Positions 26,513 through 35,539 of a DNA stretch of 35,539 bases are shown here, one piece after another. Within the stretch, counting starts at the first letter, position 1. Each line of letters begins with the position of its first letter. Origin of the DNA: an uncultured Candidatus Peribacteria bacterium (GTDB lineage Bacteria; Patescibacteriota; Gracilibacteria; Peribacterales; Peribacteraceae). The stretch covers positions 1-35,539 of the forward strand of contig CAZWVP010000004.1 of NCBI GenBank assembly GCA_964636635.1. Reading direction: 5' to 3'. The notes below the pieces were generated by a model. It worked only from the letters and a program-made list of their open reading frames with translations. It was not told the origin of the DNA and made no database searches. Position numbers and translations under genes: made by a program.

Positions 26513-27625
26513 ATGTTCCCCTCCCCGCACCATCGGCTGAGATCCGCGACGTTCTGCGCCATGTTTTTCCTGCTGCTCTTCACGGGGTTGAGCGGCATTC
26601 TGCGTCCGAGCGAAGAAACGCAGGAAAATCGCGCGCTCGCGCCGCGTCCGACTTTGGGCACGGACGCCGTGCTCTTGGACTATCCGCAACAATTCAACGA
26701 CTACGCCGCCGACCACTTCGGCGGACGCTCGTGGTTGGTGTTCGCCCTGAACACGTTCAAGCTGCGCGTCCTCGGCGTCAGCGGGCATCGCGATGTATTG
26801 GTGGGCAAGCAAGGCTGGTTGTTTTTGAGCGACGATTTGTTGGAGCGAGACATAGCGGGCGAAGCGCCGTTCACCGAAGACGAACTGCATCGATGGCAAA
26901 ACTATCTGGAAACACGACGGGATCGGCTGCGGGAAAAAGGCATCGACTACGTATTCATGATCGTGCCCGACAAGCACACGGCGTATCCGGAATTTCTGCC
27001 CGCCCGACTGCACCGCGACGGCCGAACCAGAAGGGAGCAGTTGACGGAACACATTTCTCAACGAAGCGATGTTCGCTTGCTCGATGTGACCGCCGACGTC
27101 TTTGCGGCCGATAAGCGACAACCTCTGTACTTCAAGCACGACACCCACTGGTCGGACGTGGCCGCGTACGCCGCGTACGTGCGCTTGGTACAACGACTGC
27201 AAACGCGACTGCCGGTGGGAAACGCCCTGACGCCGGATGCGTTCGACGTTTCGTTCGGCCCCGCTCCTTTGGCGGTATTGAGCCGGTTCCTCGGCATGGA
27301 AAACGCCCTGCCGGATGAATTCTCCTATGCCACGCTCAAGCCTGCGGAACCAAAAGCCACACTGACAACCATCGAAGAAGGCCAACGGGAAATTCTCCAA
27401 GGCCAAAACTCTCAAACACCGCTTACGCGCGCGTTGGTATACCGCGATTCATTCTTCGACCCGCTCGTGCCTTGGTTGGCAGAACATTTTTCCACAACCA
27501 CATTCATTCGCTGCCCGCAGGAACGCCTGTTGTCCGAAGACGATCTGCGGCGGTTCCGGCCCGATGTCGTCATTGAAGAAATCGTGGAACGAAAATTGCG
27601 CACGTTACCCGTCCCCACGCCGTGA
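26513..27625 (+). CDS. AlgJ/AlgX-like (DHHW-type, SGNH-like) O-acetyltransferase partner protein
   Basis: N-terminal anchor, IVPDKH and KHDTHWS motifs characteristic of AlgJ/AlgX-type proteins. It lies immediately downstream of the MBOAT gene. Confidence 0.8.
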   Translation: MFPSPHHRLRSATFCAMFFLLLFTGLSGILRPSEETQENRALAPRPTLGTDAVLLDYPQQFNDYAADHFGGRSWLVFALNTFKLRVLGVSGHRDVLVGKQGWLFLSDDLLERDIAGEAPFTEDELHRWQNYLETRRDRLREKGIDYVFMIVPDKHTAYPEFLPARLHRDGRTRREQLTEHISQRSDVRLLDVTADVFAADKRQPLYFKHDTHWSDVAAYAAYVRLVQRLQTRLPVGNALTPDAFDVSFGPAPLAVLSRFLGMENALPDEFSYATLKPAEPKATLTTIEEGQREILQGQNSQTPLTRALVYRDSFFDPLVPWLAEHFSTTTFIRCPQERLLSEDDLRRFRPDVVIEEIVERKLRTLPVPTP

Positions 27626-28344
27626 GAATCAGCTTCATTGTGCCGGCCCATAACGAAGAGGCATACCTTGCGGATTGCCTGAAGAGCATCGCACAATCCG
27701 CCGAAGGGCATGAACACGAAATTATCGTAGTGGATAACATGAGCACCGATGCAACGGTCCTGCTGGCAAAACAATTCCCCGACGTGCGCGTGCTCCAAGA
27801 ATCCAAGCGCAGCATCGCCGCGGTTCGTCAACGAGGACTGGAAAACGCCGTCGGCGACATCGTTGCCTCCGTGGACGCCGATTGCCGACTGTCGCCGCAG
27901 TGGGTGAACTATGCCGTGTCGCAATTTACCGCCGACCCGAAGCTGGTCTGCCTCATAGGCATGAGCGACTACTACGACATGCCCGCCTGGAAAAAATGGC
28001 TGAAACGCAACGCGGAGCGCTGCGCTCGCCGGTTGCAACGACTGCGCGGAGCGCGCGTCATACGAGCCAACGGCGGCAACACGGCGTATCGGGCTTCCGC
28101 TCTGCGGGCGGCGGGTGGGTTCGACAACGGCATTGCGCACTACGGCGAAGACGTGCAGGTGGCCATGTTGCTGCGCGCGCAGGGCATCGTTCGCTTCGAC
28201 ACGTCGCTCACCGCTCTCACTTCCGCGCGCCGTTTCAACCAGGAAGGTCTGCTGCGCGTGTTGCTTTTCTACAAAATAAACAGCATGTGGCAACAGTGTT
28301 TCGGCAAACCTCTCTGGTACGGCAATGCCGAGGTGCGTCGTTGA
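27622..28344 (+). CDS. Family 2 glycosyltransferase
   Basis: ISFIVPAHNEEAYLADCLKSI, IIVVDNMSTD and a DAD (DxD) motif. The GTG start overlaps the upstream TGA (GTGA). Confidence 0.88.
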   Translation: MRISFIVPAHNEEAYLADCLKSIAQSAEGHEHEIIVVDNMSTDATVLLAKQFPDVRVLQESKRSIAAVRQRGLENAVGDIVASVDADCRLSPQWVNYAVSQFTADPKLVCLIGMSDYYDMPAWKKWLKRNAERCARRLQRLRGARVIRANGGNTAYRASALRAAGGFDNGIAHYGEDVQVAMLLRAQGIVRFDTSLTALTSARRFNQEGLLRVLLFYKINSMWQQCFGKPLWYGNAEVRR

Positions 28345-28386
28345 GCGTCGTCGCATTCCCCTCTCACGCCACGTGCAGTAGACTCG

Positions 28387-29349
28387 ATGTGCATGAAACT
28401 GGGTATTCTCTTTCGTTCGGCCGTGGAAACGGGCATGCGCGCCGACCCTCGCGGGCCCGACGGCATCGCACGGTTTCTGCGCATGCGGAAAAAGCGCTCG
28501 ACCGCCGCCAAACAAACCGGACACCATGCACGCGGCGACGCCGATTGGAACCCGTACGCGGATTGCGCCGTTTTGCACGGCGGCGAAGACGTAAACGTTC
28601 GCACGCTGCTCGTAGGCATAGACACCGAAACACCCGAACTGCTCTTGGCGGACACGTTGCGCACGCAAGGCATGAAAGTGGACGCCGTGCTCGGGCACCA
28701 TCCCGAAGGACGCGCTCTGCTGGAGCTTTCCGAAGTGATGGACGTGCAGGTGGATATTCTCCGAGAGCTCGGCATACCGGAGCAAAAAGCCGAGATGATG
28801 CTGCGCAAGCGCACGAAACAACTCTACGGCCAACTGCACGCGCAAAACGCCCTGCGTACGGAACGCGCCGCACAACTGCTGGATATCCCCTTCCTCTGCG
28901 TACACAACGCCGCCGATCACTGCGCGGCGAAATACATCTATGACCGCGTGCTTCATGCGAAATACGACACCGTCGGCGACATCGTGGAAGCGCTGTACGC
29001 CGTACCCGAGTACGACCATTACGCACGCCAAGGCGTGCCACCTCTCATTGTGGCCGGAAGGAGTGATGCACGCGCGGGTAAAACCGCTGTCTTCGGTTTT
29101 AACGGCGGCACGGGCGGCCCCGCTGCCTTCATGCGCGAATTGGCAACGGCAGGAGTCGGCACCATTCTCTGCATGCACGCCTCCGCCGAGCAATGCGAAA
29201 TCGCCGACAAGCACCACCTCTCCGTCATTCAGTGTTGCCACATGGCCAGCGACACGCTCGGCATGAACCTCGTGCTCGACGCGCTGCAAAAAGAAGATTC
29301 CAAGCTCAAGATCGTCCCGTTTTCCGGCTTTGTGAGAATTGAACGCTAA
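28387..29349 (+). CDS. NIF3/DUF34-like dinuclear metal centre family protein (tentative)
   Basis: VDAVLGHHPEG (HHP block) and the C-terminal GTILCMHASAEQ...VIQCCHMASDTLGMN resemble NIF3 metal-binding blocks. The N-terminal region is atypical. Confidence 0.6.
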   Translation: MCMKLGILFRSAVETGMRADPRGPDGIARFLRMRKKRSTAAKQTGHHARGDADWNPYADCAVLHGGEDVNVRTLLVGIDTETPELLLADTLRTQGMKVDAVLGHHPEGRALLELSEVMDVQVDILRELGIPEQKAEMMLRKRTKQLYGQLHAQNALRTERAAQLLDIPFLCVHNAADHCAAKYIYDRVLHAKYDTVGDIVEALYAVPEYDHYARQGVPPLIVAGRSDARAGKTAVFGFNGGTGGPAAFMRELATAGVGTILCMHASAEQCEIADKHHLSVIQCCHMASDTLGMNLVLDALQKEDSKLKIVPFSGFVRIER

Positions 29350-29375
29350 GAAAAGCGTTCAGGAATCTTGCAGCA

Positions 29376-30128
29376 CTAACTGCCGAACAGCTGTTCGTAG
29401 GTTGGGAGCGGACCAAAAATCTCTTCGCCGCGGCTACGATCGCCGTTGCCAAAACCTACCGCTTCGCCATTCCCTTGCCCCAAAGAGCCGATGGGACTGA
29501 AGCGACCCGTGCCCCCGGACGTACCGGTGGAATTGTTTCCGGAACCAAACGAAAAGCCAGATCCACCGCTGCCCCCGGACGTGAAGCTCGAACCCGTCGT
29601 ACGAGAGCTGCCGACGGAAAAACCCGAAGTGCCACCGGAAGACACCGCAAAGCGCGAAGCGCCGCCGGTCGCTCCTGCGGCGGAACGTAAACCGCTCGTG
29701 CGCGTGCCGGTGGTGCCGCTGCGGAGAGACAAACCCGATCGGCTCATTTCCCAAGGAGCAGTGCCCACGGTGGCGCCGCCTTGGGCGTACGTGAACTGCG
29801 GCTCCACGGTCGTTTGCGTGTTGCGCGGATTTTCAACACTGACGTATGTGCGCTGCAAGTGATTTTGCGCTCCATAAGGTGCGAAGGCTGCGCTCCATTG
29901 GTGTGTGCCTGCACTGTACCCGCCCTGCACGCCGATGTTATAGGGAGTGCGAGCACCCGGCGCATACATGCCGGAAAGCTCCGGCCACAGCTGCATGTTG
30001 CGGTACGAATACACCGAAACGTACGGGTACTGGGGACGGTAGTTCACAGGCAAAACTCCCTCGGCCTGCACGGGAACAGCCACGACCGAAAACCACACGA
30101 ATGCCAGCGGGAAGAGTCTTTTGAACAT
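29376..30128 (-). CDS. Secreted Gly/Ser/Thr-rich low-complexity protein
   Basis: Signal peptide MFKRLFPLAFVWFSVVAVPVQA, a Tyr/Pro/Gln-rich N-domain, then a GS(T)F-type disordered region (SGGTSGFSVGSS...GGSGGSGFSFGSG). Confidence 0.7.
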   Translation of the reverse strand: MFKRLFPLAFVWFSVVAVPVQAEGVLPVNYRPQYPYVSVYSYRNMQLWPELSGMYAPGARTPYNIGVQGGYSAGTHQWSAAFAPYGAQNHLQRTYVSVENPRNTQTTVEPQFTYAQGGATVGTAPWEMSRSGLSLRSGTTGTRTSGLRSAAGATGGASRFAVSSGGTSGFSVGSSRTTGSSFTSGGSGGSGFSFGSGNNSTGTSGGTGRFSPIGSLGQGNGEAVGFGNGDRSRGEEIFGPLPTYEQLFGS

Positions 30129-30138
30129 TGGAATATGT

Positions 30139-30166
30139 ATATTATATATTTATTCTATTTTGTCAA
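30139..30166 (-). promoter_or_regulatory. Candidate strong promoter in an AT-rich patch, driving the Gly-rich protein gene
   Basis: Read on the minus strand: TTGACA (30161-30166), 16-nt spacer, TAATAT (30139-30144), 10 nt upstream of ATG 30128. This implies a leaderless or near-leaderless mRNA. The -35 box lies in the last codons of the Nudix gene. Confidence 0.4.
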
Positions 30167-30667
30167 ACTACTATCTCGTTTGTATTTTAAGAGGAAAAAT
30201 GCGCTTGGCATGCGTATTTTCGAACTGGAGAGCACTTTCTCAATCGCCTCATCAAGCGAAACGAGGTGCACCTCAATCAGCTCATCGTCATCTTGCGGCA
30301 AAGGGTCCGGCTGCAAATCGTGCGCCAGAAAAAAATGATTGGTGCTCGCCAGTGATTCCGAGTGTTTGGCGGAGCAATAATGCTTTAATTTCTCCGCACG
30401 AAAACCCGCCTCTTCACGTAATTCCCGACCGGCTGCGAGAAAAATATCCGTCTCTTTGTCCACCTTGCCGCTCGGCAACATCCAAATCCAATCACCGTCA
30501 AACGCACGATACTCTCGAAGCAACACCACCTGTTCACCATGGAACGCCAGCACATGCACCACATCCGGGTGGTACCCGCGAACGATGGATTTCGTGCGCC
30601 CATCTGGCAGGGGCGCGCTTTCGCGCACCAACTTCCACATTCCTTCATCGAACAAGACGTCGGACAT
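30155..30667 (-). CDS. Nudix hydrolase (ADP-ribose pyrophosphatase-like)
   Basis: Nudix box GKVDKETDIFLAAGRELREEAGF. The start is set at ATG 30667 (MSDVLFDEG...), because the track's 74-aa N-terminal extension looks non-coding. Confidence 0.85.
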   Translation of the reverse strand: MSDVLFDEGMWKLVRESAPLPDGRTKSIVRGYHPDVVHVLAFHGEQVVLLREYRAFDGDWIWMLPSGKVDKETDIFLAAGRELREEAGFRAEKLKHYCSAKHSESLASTNHFFLAHDLQPDPLPQDDDELIEVHLVSLDEAIEKVLSSSKIRMPSAFFLLKYKRDSSLTK

Positions 30668-30900
30668 GTCGACATCATGCCAGATTCGGCAAACATGCAC
30701 ATGGCAAACACCTTCCGAAACCGCCCTCTTAGACCCTTGAATTTCCGACGGACTTCGCTTAGGTTCGCGCGACCGTTTTTTGAAAGCACCGTACGCGAAG
30801 CAAGCAGGGAGCGCACCGCAAGTGCCCTGCCCGCTTGCTTCCATTCCACCCATTCGCAGCAAGTCGCAGCCGACGTTTCGGCAAGCCAAGGAGCATATCC

Positions 30901-31092
30901 GTGATTGTCATACTCGTTTGCATTTTCATTGTGCTGGGCCTCCTGCTGATGGCTGTAGCGGCCTTCGGCAAATCCGCTTGGGCAGTGGCGGCCGGACTGG
31001 TTCTGGCTCTGCTGCTCTTTTGCACCTGCGAACTGCTGATTGTGATTCATGGCATTCGCGCTCAGCAAGCATGGATGGAATCGCAAAAGTAG
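30901..31092 (+). CDS. Small two-TM membrane protein (63 aa)
   Basis: The GTG at 30901 is preceded by AAGGAG (30888-30893) with 7-nt spacing. There are two hydrophobic helices (IVILVCIFIVLGLLLMAVAAF and AVAAGLVLALLLFCTCELLIVI), and a terminator follows. Confidence 0.55.
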   Translation: MIVILVCIFIVLGLLLMAVAAFGKSAWAVAAGLVLALLLFCTCELLIVIHGIRAQQAWMESQK

Positions 31093-31114
31093 TGCCCGCA
31101 AAAAAAACGGCATG

Positions 31115-31143
31115 CCCCTCATCGTTCCGGCGATGAGGGGTTT
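31115..31143 (+). terminator. Hairpin terminator after the small membrane protein gene
   Basis: Perfect 10-bp stem CCCCTCATCG / CGATGAGGGG with loop TTCCGG, followed by only TTT. An A8 run lies upstream. Confidence 0.5.
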
Positions 31144-31320
31144 GAGCGTGCCAAAACGCCCTGCTTGCCAACAAGGCTATCCTATTGCCTCACTGTCTTG
31201 TAACCCGTGCGGGTACGGCCTATCCTATGTCGTCTTATGTCACGCCACCTCCACATCTTGCTCATCCCTTTGTTCGCTCTGGTCTTCCTCATCATCTGAG
31301 CGAATTTCCCCGCGTAGATC

Positions 31321-31346
31321 AGCGTCCGTAGCGACGCTTTTGTTTG
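31321..31346 (+). terminator. Terminator-like hairpin 25 nt upstream of the next CDS
   Basis: AGCGTC-cgtagc-GACGCT followed by TTTGTTTG. It could end a short transcript from 31230-31340 or act as an attenuator. Confidence 0.3.
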
Positions 31347-31372
31347 TGCTCGCATGCCTCTAGGCTGTGAGT

Positions 31373-31942
31373 ATGATCAAACACCTCTCCTGCGCCGCAA
31401 TTTTGGGTCTGGCTTGCCTGTCCCCCGCCTTTTCACACGCCGAACGATGGGTTTCCGCCGAAGACAAAGCCCAAGCGGAGTGCGAGGCTTCACTGAAACT
31501 TTCCCCCGAACAATTGCAGTCCGGCCTGCACCGCAACGAAGTGGCCATTTGCGTGCGCGGCAAAATTTTCGATGCCGATGTCGTCGATAAGCGCGACCGC
31601 ATCAGCCGTAAGACCTCACAGTTTTCCGGCGCCCTGCGCGTACGCGTACGCGACCAAGCGGAAGAAAGACTGATTGCCGAAGAGCGCGCCAAGGCATCGC
31701 TGCGAGCGCAGATGCTCGACCGCGCCACCATCAAAAAACGCCAAGCCACCCAGCAAGCCGGCGCCCGTTCCCGGGTGCGAACCGTGGAAGACTTCTCCAC
31801 GCGCGATTCCAAACGTGCGCAATCGCTTCGCTTCCGCGACTTGCAACAGCGAGCGCGCGACGCGTGTAAAACAGAGCCCCGCGGATTGAAAGATAACTGC
31901 GTCCGCGAGGCCCTGAGAGATTTGGGATCGAAACTGCCTTAG
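31373..31942 (+). CDS. Secreted basic hypothetical protein
   Basis: Signal peptide MIKHLSCAAILGLACLSPAFSHA followed by an Arg/Gln/Glu-rich helical region. The stop overlaps the stop of the convergent gene. Confidence 0.7.
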   Translation: MIKHLSCAAILGLACLSPAFSHAERWVSAEDKAQAECEASLKLSPEQLQSGLHRNEVAICVRGKIFDADVVDKRDRISRKTSQFSGALRVRVRDQAEERLIAEERAKASLRAQMLDRATIKKRQATQQAGARSRVRTVEDFSTRDSKRAQSLRFRDLQQRARDACKTEPRGLKDNCVREALRDLGSKLP

Positions 31943-33435
31943 TCTTCGATGTTGATGATCGCCGAGCTGGGCGTGGTAAGCGATACCCCCACCGGTGAAG
32001 TGAGGTTGAACGTCAGCGTTTCGATGGACGCCTCGTTGGAACCGTCCTGAGTGATTTTGACGAGCACTTCTTTGTTGGCCTCGCCGTTGCGGAACGTCAG
32101 GGTGCCGGAAACGCCCGTGTAGTCCGTGCCGCTCTTGGCCGTGCCGTCGGTGGTGCCGTAGCTCACCGTGGCCGTGCCGCTGGCGCCGCCCACGCGCTGA
32201 ATCGTCACCGCCACCGTTTCACCTTCGTACGCGTCGTAGCTGTCACGGGAAATTTTCAAGCTGCCGGAACCGTACTTGGCGGTTTCGTTGTCCACGATGG
32301 TGACGGAAGACTTCGCCGTACCGAGCACCGCACCGCCCGTGGGTGCGGAAAGCGTGAGGTTGAACGCCTTGTTGCCGCCGGTCGTCGAGTTGTCGGCCAC
32401 GATGACTTCGAACGTCTTGATGGTCTCGCCTTCGGCGAAGCTGAGCGTGCCGGAGACCGCCGAGTAGTGGTTGCCGTCGGCCGTGCCGTTGCTGGTGGCG
32501 TAATTCACACCCACCGCGCCGCTGGTGCCTTCCGTGCGTTCCACCGTAATCACCGCCTTACCCGACTGCTCGGACACGCTGTACACCACCGCAGAGAAGC
32601 CCAAGCGACCCTGGGAACCGGCGGCGGCCAAAGAACTGCTGGAGGACGAAGTGGCGGTGCCGGAGGTGGAGCCGCTGCTCGGCAAGCCGCCGTCGTTGTC
32701 CAAAATGTTGACGTTCACCACGTTGATTTTCCCGATGCCGGTTTCGCCGGTGGGGTTCTTGAGCTTCACCGTGAAACTCTCCTTGGCTTCGGGGTCTTTG
32801 TCGTTCTTCACGTTCACGTTGATGATCTTCATGGTTTCGCCGTCCGCGAAAGACAATTTGCCGCTGGTCTTGTTGTAATCCGTGTCTTCCAACGCCGTAC
32901 CGGCGACGGTTTCGTACTCGATGCTCGCGGTGCCGTCGCCACTGGCACGGACCACGGCAATGGAAGCATCTGGCGAACTTTCGCTGATGTCGAAGCTCTC
33001 TTTGGTGAAGCCCATGCCGCCGGACACGCCCTTCACGGACGTGGCCTTGCTCGAGCTGGAGGAAGACGAGCTGGAGGACTCCTCTTCATCTTCCTGCTCC
33101 TCTTCGGAGGAAGAAGAGGAAGACTTCACGCTGGAGGAACGACTGCTGCGGCTGGAGACCACGGGAGAAACGCCGCTGCCGCGAAGCAACTTGTCGTAAC
33201 GCATCATCACGGTGGCGAATTCGTCGCGCGTAATGGGCTGGCCCGCGCCGAACACGTCGCCGCGTCCGCGCATGAGGCCGTTTTCGTACACGAAGCGAAT
33301 GCCGTCCATGTGCGGACTGTCGGACGGAACGTCACGGAAAATGGCACGCAAATCCAACTGCGCGCTCACTTGCGTCACGGTGACGCCGAACGCCAAACCT
33401 ACGATGAAGACGGAAAGAAAATGTCGCATGGACAT
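31939..33435 (-). CDS. Cell-surface protein: signal peptide, one SLH-like domain, Ser/Glu-rich linker and three Calx-beta domains
   Basis: SLH-like block FRDVPSDSPHMDGIRFVYENGLMRG...PITRDEFATVMMRY. Three repeats each carry the Calx-beta signature (TA..DTDY...SGxLxFxxGExxKxxxV...D). The start is placed at ATG 33435 or 33429. Confidence 0.85.
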   Translation of the reverse strand: MSMRHFLSVFIVGLAFGVTVTQVSAQLDLRAIFRDVPSDSPHMDGIRFVYENGLMRGRGDVFGAGQPITRDEFATVMMRYDKLLRGSGVSPVVSSRSSRSSSVKSSSSSSEEEQEDEEESSSSSSSSSSKATSVKGVSGGMGFTKESFDISESSPDASIAVVRASGDGTASIEYETVAGTALEDTDYNKTSGKLSFADGETMKIINVNVKNDKDPEAKESFTVKLKNPTGETGIGKINVVNVNILDNDGGLPSSGSTSGTATSSSSSSLAAAGSQGRLGFSAVVYSVSEQSGKAVITVERTEGTSGAVGVNYATSNGTADGNHYSAVSGTLSFAEGETIKTFEVIVADNSTTGGNKAFNLTLSAPTGGAVLGTAKSSVTIVDNETAKYGSGSLKISRDSYDAYEGETVAVTIQRVGGASGTATVSYGTTDGTAKSGTDYTGVSGTLTFRNGEANKEVLVKITQDGSNEASIETLTFNLTSPVGVSLTTPSSAIINIED

Positions 33436-33490
33436 GATGAGAATTGGTAAGAGACGGGTGCCAGCATACCCACCTTGAACGTTGAGCGGG

Positions 33491-33859
33491 TCATTTTTGC
33501 GCTCTCTCGGCAAGGGAAATATTCACCTGCGCGGGCGGAGGAAAAGCCTGGTTGTCGACTGTGGTCGGAACCTGCAAACCGTCGCAAACGCGGCCGTACA
33601 TGCGTCCGAACATCATGCGAATGCCATCGCCGTGCCGCTGCACGAAGGCCGTGCAACCGGCATCGCCGATGAGCACGATGTGCTCCGGGCGTTCGCACCG
33701 GCCCACCGTAAACGTCGCCTGCAGCAGTACGCCCGGCGCGCAGGCCTGCAAACGCTCCCGCAACAACCCCACGGACACATGCAATTCGTTCGCCAAAGCA
33801 TGCAACACCTCCGGGGCGGGATGAGATGCATGCGGAGATTCGACGTAAGAGCGCAACAT
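33491..33859 (-). CDS. Hypothetical protein (about 122 aa)
   Basis: The composition looks protein-like, unlike the overlapping 213-aa Arg-rich frame. No motif was recognised and no SD was seen. Confidence 0.45.
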   Translation of the reverse strand: MLRSYVESPHASHPAPEVLHALANELHVSVGLLRERLQACAPGVLLQATFTVGRCERPEHIVLIGDAGCTAFVQRHGDGIRMMFGRMYGRVCDGLQVPTTVDNQAFPPPAQVNISLAERAQK

Positions 33860-33879
33860 GGACAAGGAAGAAGGGAAAC

Positions 33880-33914
33880 AAAAAAAACGCCCGTGTCAGA
33901 CGAGCGGAGGGCGT
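33880..33914 (-). terminator. Probable terminator downstream of ligA
   Basis: Read on the minus strand: stem ACGCCC / GGGCGT with a 16-nt loop, followed by T8 (the plus-strand A-run at 33880-33887). Confidence 0.45.
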
Positions 33915-34047
33915 ACGGATGCAAAAGGTCTTCAGCAAGCGCGCATGCCACCGATCGTCACGTTCAAGCGACAACACGGACTGGCCTGCAAACACTGGAA
34001 ACCGAACACGTCCGCAGCATAGTGACGAGCGCGACCTCAAACAAGGC

Positions 34048-35538
<1,491 letters not shown>

Positions 35539-35539
35539 C

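Noticed and set aside
25205-27415. 736-aa minus-strand ORF
   Set aside because: It is antisense to the MBOAT and AlgJ-like genes, which carry unmistakable family motifs. Its translation is Arg/Gln/His/Gly-rich with no motifs, which is typical of a high-GC shadow ORF.
27412-29289. 625-aa minus-strand ORF
   Set aside because: It is antisense to the GT2 and NIF3-like genes, has shadow-ORF composition (Ala/Arg/His/Val/Gly) and shows no recognisable domain.
29342-29359. Inverted repeat AACGCT-aagaaa-AGCGTT across the NIF3-like stop codon
   Set aside because: It is only 6 bp with no T-run on either strand, which is insufficient to call a terminator.
30752-30775. ggttcgcgcgacc resembling a tRNA T-arm, and a short hairpin before a T6 run
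   Set aside because: There is no acceptor, D or anticodon arm around it, the loop is not TTCRANY, and no plus-strand gene is upstream for it to terminate.
33399-34040. 213-aa minus-strand ORF spanning the ligA-downstream region
   Set aside because: The Arg/Cys/Ala-rich translation runs through the predicted terminator. The alternative frame 33491-33859 looks more protein-like.

Overview
GC-rich (judged by eye, not computed), densely coding bacterial chromosomal window with about 32 credible CDS on both strands. Several gene pairs are translationally coupled through ATGA, TGATG or GTGA overlaps. I found no rRNA, tRNA, CRISPR array, transposase or integrase. All family calls rest on motifs read by eye, with no searches run. 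In order: (1) a copper module in which a 5'-truncated P1B-type Cu-ATPase continues in one ORF through an extra TM helix into a complete NirK-type copper nitrite reductase module and a Cys-rich tail domain. It is ATGA-coupled to a Met/His-rich multicopper oxidase lipoprotein. (2) A Ser-rich secreted protein, a YhiN/BaiN-type flavoprotein, a membrane-anchored HExxH+TPR protein, a large MscS-family channel, rsmE, a polytopic transporter and a DEAD-box helicase. (3) An orphan block of four convergent genes (13914-19068) with no family I can name, except that one looks like a degenerate EAL domain. (4) A lipid re-acylation operon: PlsC-type acyltransferase, embedded carrier domain and AMP-ligase in one protein (Aas-like), then an Sfp-type PPTase, then an MFS transporter (LplT-like by context). 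(5) An untracked 30-codon Lys/Ala-rich ORF with its own terminator. (6) mscS plus a YbaK/ProX-like deacylase, divergent from an MBOAT, AlgJ/X-like, GT2 and NIF3-like operon. (7) A Gly/Ser/Thr-rich secreted protein behind an AT-rich promoter, a Nudix hydrolase, a small 2-TM protein, a structured non-coding stretch, an SLH plus 3x Calx-beta surface protein and the 3' part of ligA. The best candidates for something undescribed are the CopA-NirK fusion, the self-contained Aas/ACP/PPTase/MFS module and the orphan four-gene block. Most long antisense ORFs in the track are high-GC shadow ORFs.
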